Under the pieces are notes generated by a model. The model searched no databases. It was given only the letters and a program-made list of their open reading frames with translations, and was not told where the DNA came from. A stretch of DNA of 60,268 nucleotides, counting the filler, from Hausera hauseri (Eukaryota), in NCBI GenBank assembly GCA_046269625.1. It is 10 parts of 10 records of this genome, joined end to end, with 100 filler letters (N's around TTAATTAATTAA, not from the genome) between each part and the next. Parts side by side here need not be neighbours in the genome. Positions count along the whole stretch, not along the records: positions 38,256 to 43,864 come from JBJURY010221519.1; positions 43,965 to 49,475 come from JBJURY010238851.1; positions 49,576 to 55,098 come from JBJURY010236851.1; 7 more parts are not named here. One strand, given 5' to 3'. Positions 38,925 to 51,687 of the stretch are shown piece by piece. Position 1 is the first letter of the stretch; every line of letters begins with the position of its first letter. The translations under genes were made by a program, and so were the position numbers.

Positions 38925-41900
38925 GTGTAGCCATATGGCGGGAAAAATCTCGTCACTCATCTGCTAACCCCTCCAGTGCAACCACATTTTAGGTATTACA
39001 TCACCCCCGTGCCAAGATAAAGACTGTAAAGGGAAAAACAAACGCATGTGTCAGGCGTTGGATTCCATCTATAAATTTCTCCCTACTGTAAGTACTAAAT
39101 GTCACATGACGTGATCAGTTAGATGTTTCTGGCGCTTGTGGAGTTGTTTGAGGGAGAGATGATGCAGATTTTGTGGTGTTTTGGGAGGATGTTTTATGAA
39201 GATGTGAAAATGGAGAAGAAACTGAGAAGGGAAAATGGTCACGCGAAGAAGGCGAAACTGAAGATGGAAGCGAATCGTGCGATAAAGGTCACACGACTGC
39301 AGGCTGATTGTGTGGATGTGCAGGCGATGACGGCGAAGTAAGTGGTAAAAGAACAGTAGACGGAAGTGAGCATAACTAATTGTGACGTGTGAACGATTGG
39401 TGCGACGGATCAACATCATCGAGGAAATTGGATGATGGCTCGAGGGGGAAAAAGTTACAGTTAGGATTTGAAACAATGCTGTTATCCTGGTCATCGTCAA
39501 CGAAGAAATCTGGCTTAAGATTAGAAATGTGTACATTTTGAAGTTTGGCCTTTCGTAAAATAGTAGCGGTGTGAGAAGAAAGGTTTAGCAGTGTGTAAGG
39601 GCCAACGTATTGAGGCTGAAAACCAGAGAGTGACGGATCCTTAAGCTACACAAACTTGGCTGAGTATAAGTCCTCTGGAATATAGGATTTGTCTTTATTT
39701 ATAAGAAGGCAAAATGCGTTTGAGTTGATATCTACAAAGTGAGACTGTGCCGCACGAATAACATCATCTGACAGACTTGGATCGAGATTGGAGAGCTCAA
39801 AACGGCACGAATTGGTGTCCCAAAGAGAGCAACAGCTGGAGCACAACCTGTGGTGGTGAATGGCGTGTTGCGCCAACCACGTAGGACAAGCGGAATAATT
39901 GAGGTCCAGTTATGATTGCTGTTTGCCAAGATTTTCAAAGAAATCTTTATGGTGCGGTGAAATCTCTCAAGAAGACCATTTGCTTGGGCATGGTGCGGCA
40001 TCGTATGGAAATGGGCTATCCCCAAGTGATTTACAAGAGATTCAAAAAGGTCAGCTTCAAATTGAGGATCCTGGCCCGTTATGATGTGACGTGGTGAACC
40101 AAAATGGCTGACCCATATCTTGAGAAATGCATCTGCCACAGAGTCGGTGATGGTTGATCGAAGCGGAACGGCTTCCGGCCAGTGAGAAGCTCGATGCATC
40201 ATTGGTAGGTTATATTGATAGCCGTTGTCGGATGGCAAAGGACCCACAAGATCCAAATGAACGGTGTCAATAGAAGACGTGCAAGGAAAGTGATAAAATG
40301 GAGGTTTGAGATGTTAATGAATCACAGTAGGGCACCATGGGCACCACAGTTGACATGCTACACATCCCTTAACCCTGACATGTACATCTGTACACATAGT
40401 CGGCTATACAACATCGCACTGCTGTAGACGAAATATAGCTTTTGAATCCGGATGATAGAGTGAAAGTGATTGAAAGCTGTCTTTGTAGCGATGGAGCAAG
40501 AATGATTTGCTTGCTGGTCGAGTTGGATGTGTCATAAGCGATGCCATCGATGATTTCAACAGATTTAAAAGCTTGAAGAATGTCAGATGATGGCTGATTA
40601 CTTCTTAGGACTTCAGATGAAAAAATTTGCTGAACTGTAATTGAAAAAAATAAACTAAACGTGGATAAGTATGATATCTGTCGTTCTTGTCTCGGCAATG
40701 GATGATTTAACGTCATTATATGAAGTAGAGGCATATGGTCGGTTTGGATGGTAAATTGTCGTGACAGAAGCAAGTGCTTGAAATGCTTTACCGCTAGAAC
40801 TACATCCAAAAGTTCACTATCGAATGTCGAGTATCGACTTTCTGGTTGCGTGAGCTTTCAGGAATAGAATTCGAATGGTTCATCGGCACCATTATATATT
40901 TGGTATAATATCGCACCAGTGGCTGTGGTGGAGGCATTGTAATGAATATTAGTTCCGCGTTGGGTTTTGGAAAGGCCAAAATTTCAACGGTTTTCAGACC
41001 TTCACGAAGGCGATCAAATTGATTTACTAGATCGGAAGTCCAATGGATTAATTGTCTTTTCTTCCCAAATGAGAAGTGTGCAAAAGGTGCCGTTAGTTCG
41101 GAGCAGTGTGGCACGTATTTGTGTATGAAATGCAATGTCCCTCGAAAACTCCTCATATCGGTAGTAGTAGTTGGCAAGGTCACATTTTTTAATTGTTGCA
41201 AACGATCAGGCTGGGGCGAATGCCCTTCGGGGGTACTTATGTGGCCTAAGAAGTTGACGCGTTTCTGGAAGAAATTGCAACTGGCGAAATTAACTTGCAG
41301 GTTGCCTTGACGCAATCTGTGAAAAATAATTCTAAGGTGCTCATGATGTTGTTGGATGGAGCTGTAAGCGACTAATATGTCATCTATGTATGGGTGAGCA
41401 AAATCGAGACCGCAGAAAACGGTGTCAATGTGGCGCTAAAAGGTCTGGGATGAGCTACGCAAGCCGAAAGACATGAAGATGTATTCATAAAGACCAAATG
41501 GTGTGATGGCAGCAATTTTTGGAATGTCATCATGGGCATCAGGAATTTGATGGTAGGCTTTGTGCAAATCAATGGTAGAATAGGTATTGGTGTTGTTGAG
41601 GCTATAAAGAATATCATTAATGAGTGGTAGAGGATAGGCATCTGTAATAGTTAGATTGCTTAATTGTCGATAGTCGCCACATGGCCTATATGTGCCATCT
41701 TTCTTTACCACTTCATGAGGAGGAGAAGCCCAGGGAGAAATCGATTTCCGAATGATGCCAGACCTTTCCAGTTCATTAAATTCCTGTTCCACAGCTTTAC
41801 GTCTGCGTGGCGACAAAGGTCTGACCTATTGTTTGATAGGTCTCTGATGGTCTGTTACTATGTGATGATAAGTTGTGGATAGATGCTTGATATTGACGTC

Positions 41901-43400
41901 CCTTTTAACTATGCGAAAGTAAAAACGTTGTGACGTATGATTTAAGATTGGAGTATAGAGACAAGAATGAATGAGGCATATCATTAAAGCGAACAGCTCC
42001 AGTGATTGACGGAAAGCAACTGGCATCGCTACTGTCGACGCCTAATTTAAATTTTTGTTTTATAATAGATTTATGATTATCGTTCATAATTGAAATATTT
42101 CCGACTTTATTGGAAGTTGTTTTATAGATGACGAGGCGTTCAACATGTTCACAGATGAGTGCAATGAATTGCTCTCTAAGTTGTCTACGAGACACATGTT
42201 TGGAGTTGCAATCGAGTTCCTGCTTAAAAGACAGCTGTATTTTCATTCGACCAATAGATCATATGCGGCAAGAAAATCTAAGCCTATTATGGGAGATTTA
42301 ATGTTGGCCACGTGGAACTCCCAGACAAACTTATCTGGCAAGTTGGCGAATATGAAAGTCAATTCTGTGGTTCCTGCAACGTGCAACGGTTGACCACTGG
42401 CAGTGAAAAGCGATGGACAGGAAATCATAGTCGATGTAGGAACGAAGGAGCGGAAAGGCAGCTCCTGAGTCTATCAGGAAGTCGATATGTGAAGTATCTA
42501 TGCATAACAGTGCAGCTTTCAACAGAAAGACTGCAGAGGCGGTGTTGAAACGGCCAGAAGATTGAGCGATATTGCCTGCGCCAGAAGGTGCCGTAAAATC
42601 TGGCGGCATTATTAGTTTTTTGAGGGATTTGGAAAAAAGGAAGAAGAAGAAAAACGAGGGGATTTATCATTGTAATGTTTACAACCAGGCACACATAATC
42701 TAGCCTTTGACTAAAACTTATTGTGATAGACGCAAATAAGGTTGTCCACAGCGTACCTGTCGCTGTAGAACCGACAACCCAAAAAGCATTTCCCATCATC
42801 CCTTCGAAAGCGCGTGTGATAGAAGCAAGTCATGCGTCCTCCAGGTGAAATGGATCGAGTAGAGTGTCTTAAAGTGCTTCTCTCCCTTGAAGGTCTAGTT
42901 TCTCTTCGTCGAAGCCCATTAAGATTATTTAATTGGGTAGTAATGGCCGAAATGGACTTCTGTAACTTGTCAAACTGTTGCTGCATCATTTGCAATAGTT
43001 AAGTAAAAAATGTTGTGTCTGTAGTTGGAGCACATGTGGTTGCAGCCCAATAGGAAGAGAACTGTTGGTATGAAGAATCTCAAAGGATTTGTCAGCCATT
43101 ATTGCCATTTTTTCGATAGCAGTGAACTCGTCGACAACTGTGAGCAAGGCTCTGATTGAGGTGGGCAAAGATGATGAGAAATAATGGCAAATTAAATCCC
43201 CTAGAGCGCTATGCTGCAGAATGGCTGTTTGGAGAAAGTCGGATGGATTTTGGCTTCCTATCGCGTGGTCGTTAAAATGCTTTTGCATTATATTGTCAAT
43301 CGAAGGATCTGTGACATGCAGCACAGCTTCACAGAGTGTCTCGTGCTGTATCGAGGATTGTAGCAAGTAGGGGGAAGGGAGGACACGAGGCCAGTATAAA
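38925..43400 (-). mobile_element. Decayed Ty3/gypsy retrotransposon, CsRn1/Kabuki-like (gag-PR-RT-RH-INT, PPT, LTR start)
   Basis: Gag CHCC-type motif CFYHTRF..KCFLGC; protease FLIDSGA; RT SPWASP..RPCGDYRQL..DAYPLP..IDLHKAYHQI..TPFGLYEY..FGLR; RH TDHMPL; INT DLVGPLP..WPEAVPL..QANGLLERFHRT; YVGPY; PPT GGGGGTGA then TGTAAT at 39000. Confidence 0.88.
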
Positions 43401-43438
43401 TTTCCTATCTCGAGGACCCCCCAGGATTGGAAATCAAT

Positions 43439-43560
43439 AATCAATATTTTATGTAGGAAATTTTGGCCTCATATTGGTTTCATTATTCCAACCCCCAAAA
43501 AATCAATATTTTATATGGGAAATTTTGGCCTCATAGTGGTTTCACTATTCCCACCCGAAA
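43439..43560. repeat. Two-copy tandem repeat of about 62 bp downstream of pPolB
   Basis: AATCAATATTTTAT..GGAAATTTTGGCCTCATA..GGTTTCA.TATTCC twice; its tail also occurs at about 10762. Confidence 0.75.
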
Positions 43561-43680
43561 TTTGATATAAATACGCCTGCTTAAGTGTCACTTGTGAAAA
43601 ATGTGTCAACATTGACATGTACAAAACATAAGACAAAGACGTAAGTACAAATATGTATTAAAATAACAAATACAAACAAC

Positions 43681-43864
43681 CAAATATTTACACAATAATG
43701 TCCATAGGCGACACTTTTGTTTTTCGATATCCAGTCTCGTTTGTCGTCGAATGGATCTAGAGCTTTCTTTTTGGTACTCATCGTCATCAGTTGATGGTTC
43801 TTGGTCCCAATGCGTTCTTGATCAACAATTGTCCCACATCTATTCTCATACGCTTGCAAGTAGT
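43681..43864 (-). pseudogene. Polinton/adintovirus pPolB extreme C-terminus (contig-truncated)
   Basis: QERIGTKNHQLMTMSTKKKALDPFDDKRDWISKNKSVAYGHY. Confidence 0.85.
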
Positions 43865-43964
43865 NNNNNNNNNNNNNNNNNNNNNNNNNNNNNNNNNNNN
43901 NNNNNNNNTTAATTAATTAANNNNNNNNNNNNNNNNNNNNNNNNNNNNNNNNNNNNNNNNNNNN
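43865..43964. other. Artificial contig linker 7
   Basis: Same 100-bp spacer. Confidence 0.99.
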
Positions 43965-44850
43965 CGAAGGAATTCAGGGCCGAGTCTTAGGAGAAGTGCT
44001 ATATACATACAAATGTAAACGATTAGACTTACCCCTGATTACTGGTACTCCTTGCTACTCTGAGATACCTGTTAAGTATAATGAAGAAATCCGATACGTT
44101 CAACCGATTATCCGAGTAATTCTGACACCACATACAATACCCACGAAAATTCAAAATTGTTCAGCACTAAATGAACCATTTATTAAGTACGACAATCAGG
44201 ACCTTTGGGTTAGATTACCGGACCGTGAAAGAGTTAAAGAAACACCTAAGAAATTGACGATGGCAAATTTGAAACATGCAATTGAAACCAATATGTTTAC
44301 GGACGTGTCCAAATCCGCATTATACAGCAAAAAAGAAATTGATTCATTCGTGAAGTTTCTAGCATATCCTCGACAGAGAGAGCAAATAGTAAATCGCGGA
44401 ATATACCGGGTAATCGACGACACAGCCGGAGAAAGAAAATGGGACCGGTTATGGACACCTGACGCCTATATTAAAATCGTTTCAAATCTGTGGTATAAAA
44501 TGTGGGGCGGATTCCTGAAATTCGGCCAAGTAGCTTCTGGGTTTCTGGCCATATACTTTATCGTACAAACTTTGAAAGCCTGTATCAATTCCATATTAAA
44601 TGCCTATGAGATTTACAACTTAACGGGACTATCTCTAAGTATAATAGGTGCTCTATTTTGCCCACTTGGTAAAATCATTAAAGCTTACTATGAAAAACAA
44701 TGGCGAGGTAAACTAGAAAAACATGTTGATTATAAATCGAAAAAGCCTTTCCAAGGGATACCCCGTCAAGTTCCGATAACGACAACGCCCCTGGATATTA
44801 TCCTACCACAGGGATTACAAAGGATACAAAAAGAAAATTCAGGTTTATGA
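43965..44850 (+). CDS. Env: C-terminal half of a chuvirus-type / gB-like fusion glycoprotein (5'-truncated)
   Basis: GRVLGEVLYTYKC..CYSEIPVKYN..QPIIRVIL..ALYSKKEID..LAYPRQRE..KMWGGFLKFGQVASGFLAIYFIVQTLK; paralogous to 21556-22510. Confidence 0.85.
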
Positions 44851-45379
44851 AACCAAAATGGAAAAATAGACCTAAATCACTTGTTGCGCCATATGAGAAT
44901 TAAACAGTGCCAATTTGCAGATTACCAATATTAATAGACCTAAAGGATCCATATGGAAAAATGGAGGAGTATATAAAATTACTTAATTTACCAAAATACT
45001 CCCAGGAAGAGATACGTCAGTTCGTTATCACGCGAAACATGGAAAACAATTGTGTAATATTACCTACATCACCTAAATTAGGCATACCGCCTCTTATACC
45101 TTATCACAAAACAACTCGATTATTGAAAAATCAAGTAGATAGAGAACCCCATTTAACGACCTCAGAATCCGTTAGTAAGCAAAACATAACATTACCACGT
45201 GGAAGTTGCTACCCAGACTTGACTGAACTCAAAGAGGAAGAGAAAGGAGTGGAAAACAATGCTCAATCTTTAGAAAGTTTAGCGGTTATATTATCAACCG
45301 ACACTATCCGATATTGTTCAGATAGTTACAGCTTGATGGAACCACATATAGGTAATCATAACGATGTATTAACGTTTCT

Positions 45380-48300
45380 CGAGTTGTTACGGGATAATCG
45401 ACCTCACACCATAGTTTACTTTGATAGCTTTGAACTGAATTCTATGGTTGACACTGGAGCTAACGTTGCATTAATAGCAAAACATGCAATTCCAAAAGAA
45501 TTACAATCTCAAATAAAATTGGCTACTAAAGGCTCGCCTGGCACTACTTTGGCTTTTTAGCAATGCAGTAAACCTTATGGATACTGGAAAAGTGAACCAT
45601 ATATTTTTGGACAGAGAGTCAAGAAAACCTTTGATGTAATGCTTACCTAGGATCCGCGATGCATTTTGTGTATGAATGTGTTGCGAAAATTGGAAGGAGT
45701 ACACATAAACTTACAATCGGGATCAATTTGTCCAAATAATGAAGATATACCCCCTAATTATGCCAGAACAGATATCTGGGTAGGACATGTTGAGAAAATA
45801 CCACCCAATTCTAGAATGGTTATACATGCCAGAACGATATTCTCAGACAACAGCGTAATTGAATTTGTGCCGAAAACTCTTCAAAATGGGCTTATATTAC
45901 CACATTACTGCGTTAAAGTACTCGGTGGTACCATTCCCCTAGAAGTTCTAAATCCCACTCCAAGACGTGTCACGATATTCCCTAAAACGAAAATTTGACA
46001 AGCACTGGAAACTACACGCCAAGAAAAATACAACAATAAAGTTGTGACCATTTCAACAGCGGAACATAATAATGTTGAAGCCACACTTAATGTCGTTCTT
46101 ACTAAAGTCAAGAAAATTTTATCAAATGAATATCTAAGGAATTTCTCAGACCTCATTTGTCAGTACCTTGATATTTTTGCAAAAAACGAAACGGATATCG
46201 AACGAACAGATTTGGTCAAATTTAGATTGCCATTTATGCTCGACCCCACAACCGGAAAAGAGGTAGATCTGTTACAACAATCCATACCAAAATTGTACCT
46301 TCCTCCAAAAGCACTCCAAAAGGAAGTTGAGGAACAAATTCAGGCAATGCTCAAAAAACGTATCATAGAACCAAGTCAATCACCATGGCCCTCTCATAGT
46401 TATGGCCAAGAAAGCTAATACAAATAAACATCGCCTGTGCGTAAATTACGTCACCTTAAACAAGCACTTAATGAATCATGCTTACCCAATTCCGTGAATA
46501 CGAGACATCATTGATGAACTAAAGGATTGTAAATATTTTACCACATTGGACTTACAAAGTGGGTTTTGGCAAATTCCCGTAGCTGAATAGGATCGGTGGA
46601 AAACCGCATTGAAAACCCATACAGGGATCTACCAGTTCACACGCATGCCATTTGGCTTAAATGCGGCACCCACTTTCTTCCAACAGTTCATTCGTCTAGT
46701 ACTAAAAGGAGTGCGAGGGTTATCGTACATTGACGACATCCTCATTGCGTCCAAAACATGGTCTGCCCATTTAACAAAATTGAAGGAAGTATTCGACTGA
46801 ATCAGACTTGCTAAATTGAAATTAAACCCAAAAAATGTGAATGGTGTAAGAAGGAGGTTAGATACCTGGGAATTGTCGTTTCCAGTAAAGAGATATATAC
46901 CAGCCCTGAGTTAGTAACTAAAATACTGGAATACCCCCTCCAACCAATGTGCATGAAATGAAAGCATGGTTAGAATTGGTAGGATTTTATGCCGCCTTCA
47001 TCCCTGACTGCAGAAATAAATCAGCCTCAATATAGGTTATTACGGAAAGACCAAAAATGAGAATAGACCGAAGAGAACCAGAACATTTCGATGAAATTAA
47101 AAAACGAATGGTGTCATCACCAATATTGAGGTACCCAGATTTTTCATTACCATTCATTCTAAAAACCGACACTAGCATTAAAGCTATTAGTTTTATATTA
47201 GCTCAACAAAATCCAGAAGAAATAACTCAGTATGTAATCGCCTACGGCGGACGTAGCTTGAATAATGCAGAGCAGAAATATTCAACTACTATTAGCTATC
47301 CGTGACGAATTGCGACATTACGAATATTATATCTACCGTCATAAGATTATAATATTTACTGACCATAAGGCACTATTATCTTTACGCTCAGACAACAGAC
47401 ACGTATCAAGTCGACTCCAAAGATGGAAGTTGGAACTTTTGAATTATGATCTCGAGTATCGATATCGTCCTGGCAAAGAAAACATGGACTCCGATGCTCT
47501 GTCAAGAATGCCATACGAAAGAATAGTAGCCGCAGCTTATAAATCAACCGATAACGAAAGTGATAAACATCTGAATGAGAGAATCATTAATGATGTTACA
47601 AGAACAACGCCAAATCCAAATACGAAATATCGAGACCTTACAAAACCAAGATCCCTTTATTGTTCAAATCAAACAATTAATCAATGGGCAATTAGTTGAC
47701 TCGGCATCAAATCACATTCAAAAATTTTATGAAAAGAACCGAGTGAATTTAGAAATCGAAAATGGCATTTTACGACTGAGAGTCGGAGAACGAAAACTGG
47801 CCATGGTGCCGGCACCGGCCATCAAAGCCGTCATGCTACAAGAACATGATTCACACTTAGCTGGACATCCGTCTTTAAATAAGACTTTAAAGCGTATAAC
47901 CGCTAAATATTATTGGCCTCAAATAAATAAACATATTGAAGGATGGGTACGTTCATGCAAAATGTACGCTACAAGAAAAGATAGAGGATTTCGTATCAAA
48001 CCGTTTTAGGAAGCTTACCTGAAGCTCGTAAGCCAATGGAATTGTGCGCAATGGACATCTATGGGCCCTTCCCAACTTCGGACTCAGGATACAAATACAT
48101 ACTGTCGCTTGTTGACTACTTCGCTCGTTACGTTGTACTAGTACCATTGAAAAACATGACTAGTAGTACACTTGCTGAAGCCTTTTTCTATAAAATTATT
48201 GCCGTACTGGGCACCCCGAAACAGTTGTTGACTGATCGTGCACCTTACTTCATTAGCGAGCTCTTTGAAAAACTATCAAAAATATTCCAATGAAAACATT

Positions 48301-48900
48301 TATTAACGACATCATACCAATCTCAATGTAATGGTATGATCGAAAGGATGAATCGTACCATTCAGGGTATTCTTTCTACAAAGGTAGCACAGGACCAAAA
48401 AGATTGGCTCAATCATCTGATAACTACGGCTTTCGCAATCAATACTACACCTACCAAAAGTACAATCATTCCCCTTTTGAGTTAATGTTCGGACGAGCGC
48501 CTTTGATGACATTGGATACTGAATTACTGCCATCTTCCTTGTTAAATAGTGATCATATGGATGAACAGTACCAGAATTTGCTTAAACGTCTTGAATAGTT
48601 TCAACGCGAAGCAAAGGAGTTTGAAGAGAACTACAGATCCGGATATAAAAAGCAATTTAACAAAAAATCACGACCACATACTTATAAAATTGGAAATTAC
48701 ATAATGGTCCATTACCCCGCGGCGAAGAAAGGCAAATAGTTAAAATTAACACACACAGGCCAAGGACCGTACAAAGTTGTCGATGTGCGCCCACAAACAC
48801 TTTTTATTCAGAAAGGGCCCGACAAATACGAGGCTGTATCTGTTCAACGAGTAACCCGAGCACCTACTCCATACAACGATTTCATACACGAAACAGATCT
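45380..48900 (+). pseudogene. Ty3/gypsy pol (PR-RT-RNaseH-INT), disrupted
   Basis: MVDTGA; IIEPSQSPW; LDLQSGFWQI; RMPFGL..YIDDILI; YPDFSLPFILKTD..AEQKYS..TDHKAL; HDSHLAGH..YYWP; MDIYGP..VDYF..LLTDR..NGMIERMNRT; GPYKVV. Confidence 0.93.
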
Positions 48901-48949
48901 TGAAATACCCAAAACGGGAAAACCCAAAATAGCAGCAATGCTCAAAATT

Positions 48950-49475
48950 CAACCGATGAGTAACTCAGAGCATTGCCCCGTCCACTTCATTTTTAATAAA
49001 CACTTAGGTATCTTCATCCTCCTGTTCCTCGTTCTCTTAATATTTATTACGGTTGCTGATACCAGCCTAGATACCACAAATACACCATACACTGAATTAA
49101 TTGAATGCGCTACGATTATCAGTATAGATATGCATAAACCCAGTATTTGCCTTCGGACTCACCTGTAATGATACACCACACGGTTGATTTTGTCCTAGTG
49201 TCGCAGCATAACGTCTCTGTTTGCACAATCCTCGAAATGCGTAATAAAACCTGCTGCTACGTCTATTATGTTCGGACATACACGTGCTATGTAATATTGA
49301 AAGTAAACAATACCAATACTATTCTTTGGGAGCCAAATATTATTCTTCACGTCCCTACTTACCGGGAGATGAACTTAGTGGAAACTTCTGATGTATTTTC
49401 GCCAAACCCTTTTATCGCTCGATTCCTGGAATATAATATTGAAATTTCTAATGTCGATCTCACAAGACAACAGTA
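48950..49475 (+). pseudogene. Post-integrase cargo: signal-peptide-like segment and Cys module (3'-truncated)
   Basis: In frame with the integrase tail: HLGIFILLFLVLLIFITVA; after a frameshift VCTILEMRNKTCCYVYYVRTYTCYV, resembling the CC-V..Y module of contigs 4 and 5. Confidence 0.65.
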
Positions 49476-49575
49476 NNNNNNNNNNNNNNNNNNNNNNNNN
49501 NNNNNNNNNNNNNNNNNNNTTAATTAATTAANNNNNNNNNNNNNNNNNNNNNNNNNNNNNNNNNNNNNNNNNNNN
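49476..49575. other. Artificial contig linker 8
   Basis: Same 100-bp spacer. Confidence 0.99.
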
Positions 49576-50208
49576 AAATATCAGACACAAGACAGACAAA
49601 TGACGCGCCGTGTGCAGAAAACAATACAACATTGATAAAATGTCGAACAACTGAGTGAATAAAAACAGTCACGAGTGTAGGGGAAGGTAAAGGAGGGGGG
49701 TCCTAACGTTGATAATGAAATAAACACAAATATGACTTTGCGACACTAGATCTTCATCAGGTAACAACACACCATGAAACATACAATGAATCCACTTTTA
49801 GCTATCCTCCGGCACCGCGTTTTCGCAGCTCTAAGAACAATAAAAATTTGGAAAAGGTATCCAAGCTCCGCCGGCGGCTTTAGATGACTTCACGTGTCTT
49901 TGTCGCGTGTGTATTATCGAGATTTTGGGAGCTTTGCGCATAGTTTTGTTACATTAGTTTTGTGCTTCAGAATAACATCCCGGGTTAGTGCAAATTATGC
50001 TGGCAAATGTATATAAAAGCTACAGTGATTTTAAGTTTAGTGTGGCTTAACCAAGAGATTAACACGCGGGTATGTATACATAAGTTCATCGCCATCCTCC
50101 GTATTAAAGGATCTTAGCTCAGTTTACGAGCCTTCGTTGCACTGACCTGGACCCAGAATGCGCAGATTTAGCTACTGTATCAAGGGGCTTTTAACGTGTG
50201 CGTCATTA

Positions 50209-50371
50209 CACACGGACTTCGATCTCACTACATGTCAGGGAAATTGTCAGAGCACACAGACTTCGATCTCACTACAGGTCAGGGGAATTGTCAGTGCACA
50301 CGGACTTTGATCTCACTACAGGTCAAGGGAATTGTCAGAGCACACGGACTTCGATTTCATTACAGGTCAGG
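50209..50371. repeat. 44-bp minisatellite, about 3.7 copies
   Basis: Unit CACACGGACTTCGATCTCACTACAGGTCAGGGGAATTGTCAGAG-like, starting at 50209, 50253, 50297 and 50341. Confidence 0.95.
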
Positions 50372-50829
50372 AGAATTTACTGCTAGAGGATACAGGGGAA
50401 ACAGTATGTAGCAGGGTGACTAAATGAGATATGGACATGGCATGTTTGTTTGGCTTCATAAGGCAAACTGGCATGTTTCTGCAAGAAATGTCAGTTGACT
50501 GCAGGAAGAAGTTACCTGACCATTGGCCAACAAAGCCATTCACCTGCACACATTCGGGCTTCTCATTCTGGTCAGATGCAGTTCAAGTTCAGTTTTTGAG
50601 AAAGAACACACAGACTTTTAGTCTGCCACATAGCCCAATGAAAGCCGCAGGTAATACCCGCTGGGTGTTTTGTAGGGTTTTGTTATGATGATGTTCTATG
50701 GTTAATCAATAAAGAGATGGAACAGGACTCCTGACAGGGTTTCCAGAGTTTTTATTGGTGACCCCTGCCTGAAGAACTAATTCTTCCGTGGTCTGGGTTT
50801 GAATGGAGAGAGTGGAAAGTGTTTCAATG

Positions 50830-51300
50830 CATTGGTCTGTTTTATAGTTCCTTGAAGTGTTCCATCCATCTATTCATTTGTTTTCCTAACCCTAAAATCT
50901 GTTTTCCTTCTTTGTCTTTTACACATTTTTTCTGATCTCCAAAATTTCCCTGATAGTTTCTTAGTGGAGTCATATAACTCATTCATGTTGCCTTTCTTGG
51001 CAGCTGTTTCTGCTTCTTTTACTAGGCTGTTGATGTATTTTCTTTGTTTCTCTGTATATTTCAGTGCATTCTTCCCGTGCTTTGCTTTCTTTGCTCTTGA
51101 ACGACTACTGTTTATCGTTGCCTTCAGTTGTTTTCGTGCCTGTATTATTTTTAAAGTTTCAACCGATATCCATTCTTTGATCTGCTATTTCTTAGGTCCC
51201 ATTATGTCTTTGCAAGTTGATGTTAATGTTTCTTTAATTTTGTTCCGTCTGGTGTCTACTGAATGTTCTTCCTCAAATAAATCTTGTAGCACATGGAATT
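50830..51300 (-). mobile_element. RTE-clade non-LTR retrotransposon fragment (endonuclease-RT linker)
   Basis: KEWISVETLKIIQARK..SRSRAKK..YINSLVKEAETAAKKGNMNELYDSTKKLSGK..WMEHFKEL. Confidence 0.75.
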
Positions 51301-51687
51301 TATTTTTTCTTATGTGTATAGCAGTCTGTAATAATCAACAAATGTTTGGATTATGTTGCGTGGTTCTGTCTGTAAATTGACGTTAGTGTCTACAATTTGT
51401 ACTATCCGTTTGTTGCGTTTTATGTTTTTGTTCTATTGCCATGTACTGCTTGTTAGGTATTTCCTGCGTGATTGCGTTTGACATAGTGCGTAAGAGTGAT
51501 CATTGAAAATCGTACTGTTTGTGTTGTTCGAGTTCAATTTGTAGTGTAAGTAAATGCGTTGCATTTTTGTCTGTTTCGAAAGTGTAATTGCTTCTTCCAA
51601 GATATGTTCTCTCTCTCTTAATTTTGTCTACAATTAGTTTGGTTGTCTCGGGTATTGTGTTTTTCATGTTTTATTTGTCTTGTTCTG

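Noticed and set aside
45666-45998. dUTPase gene
   Set aside because: Resembles the degenerate beta-rich linker common between gypsy protease and RT; dUTPase catalytic motifs not seen.
50209-50371. Possible CRISPR array
   Set aside because: Contiguous 44-bp units with no unique spacers, no cas genes, eukaryotic context.
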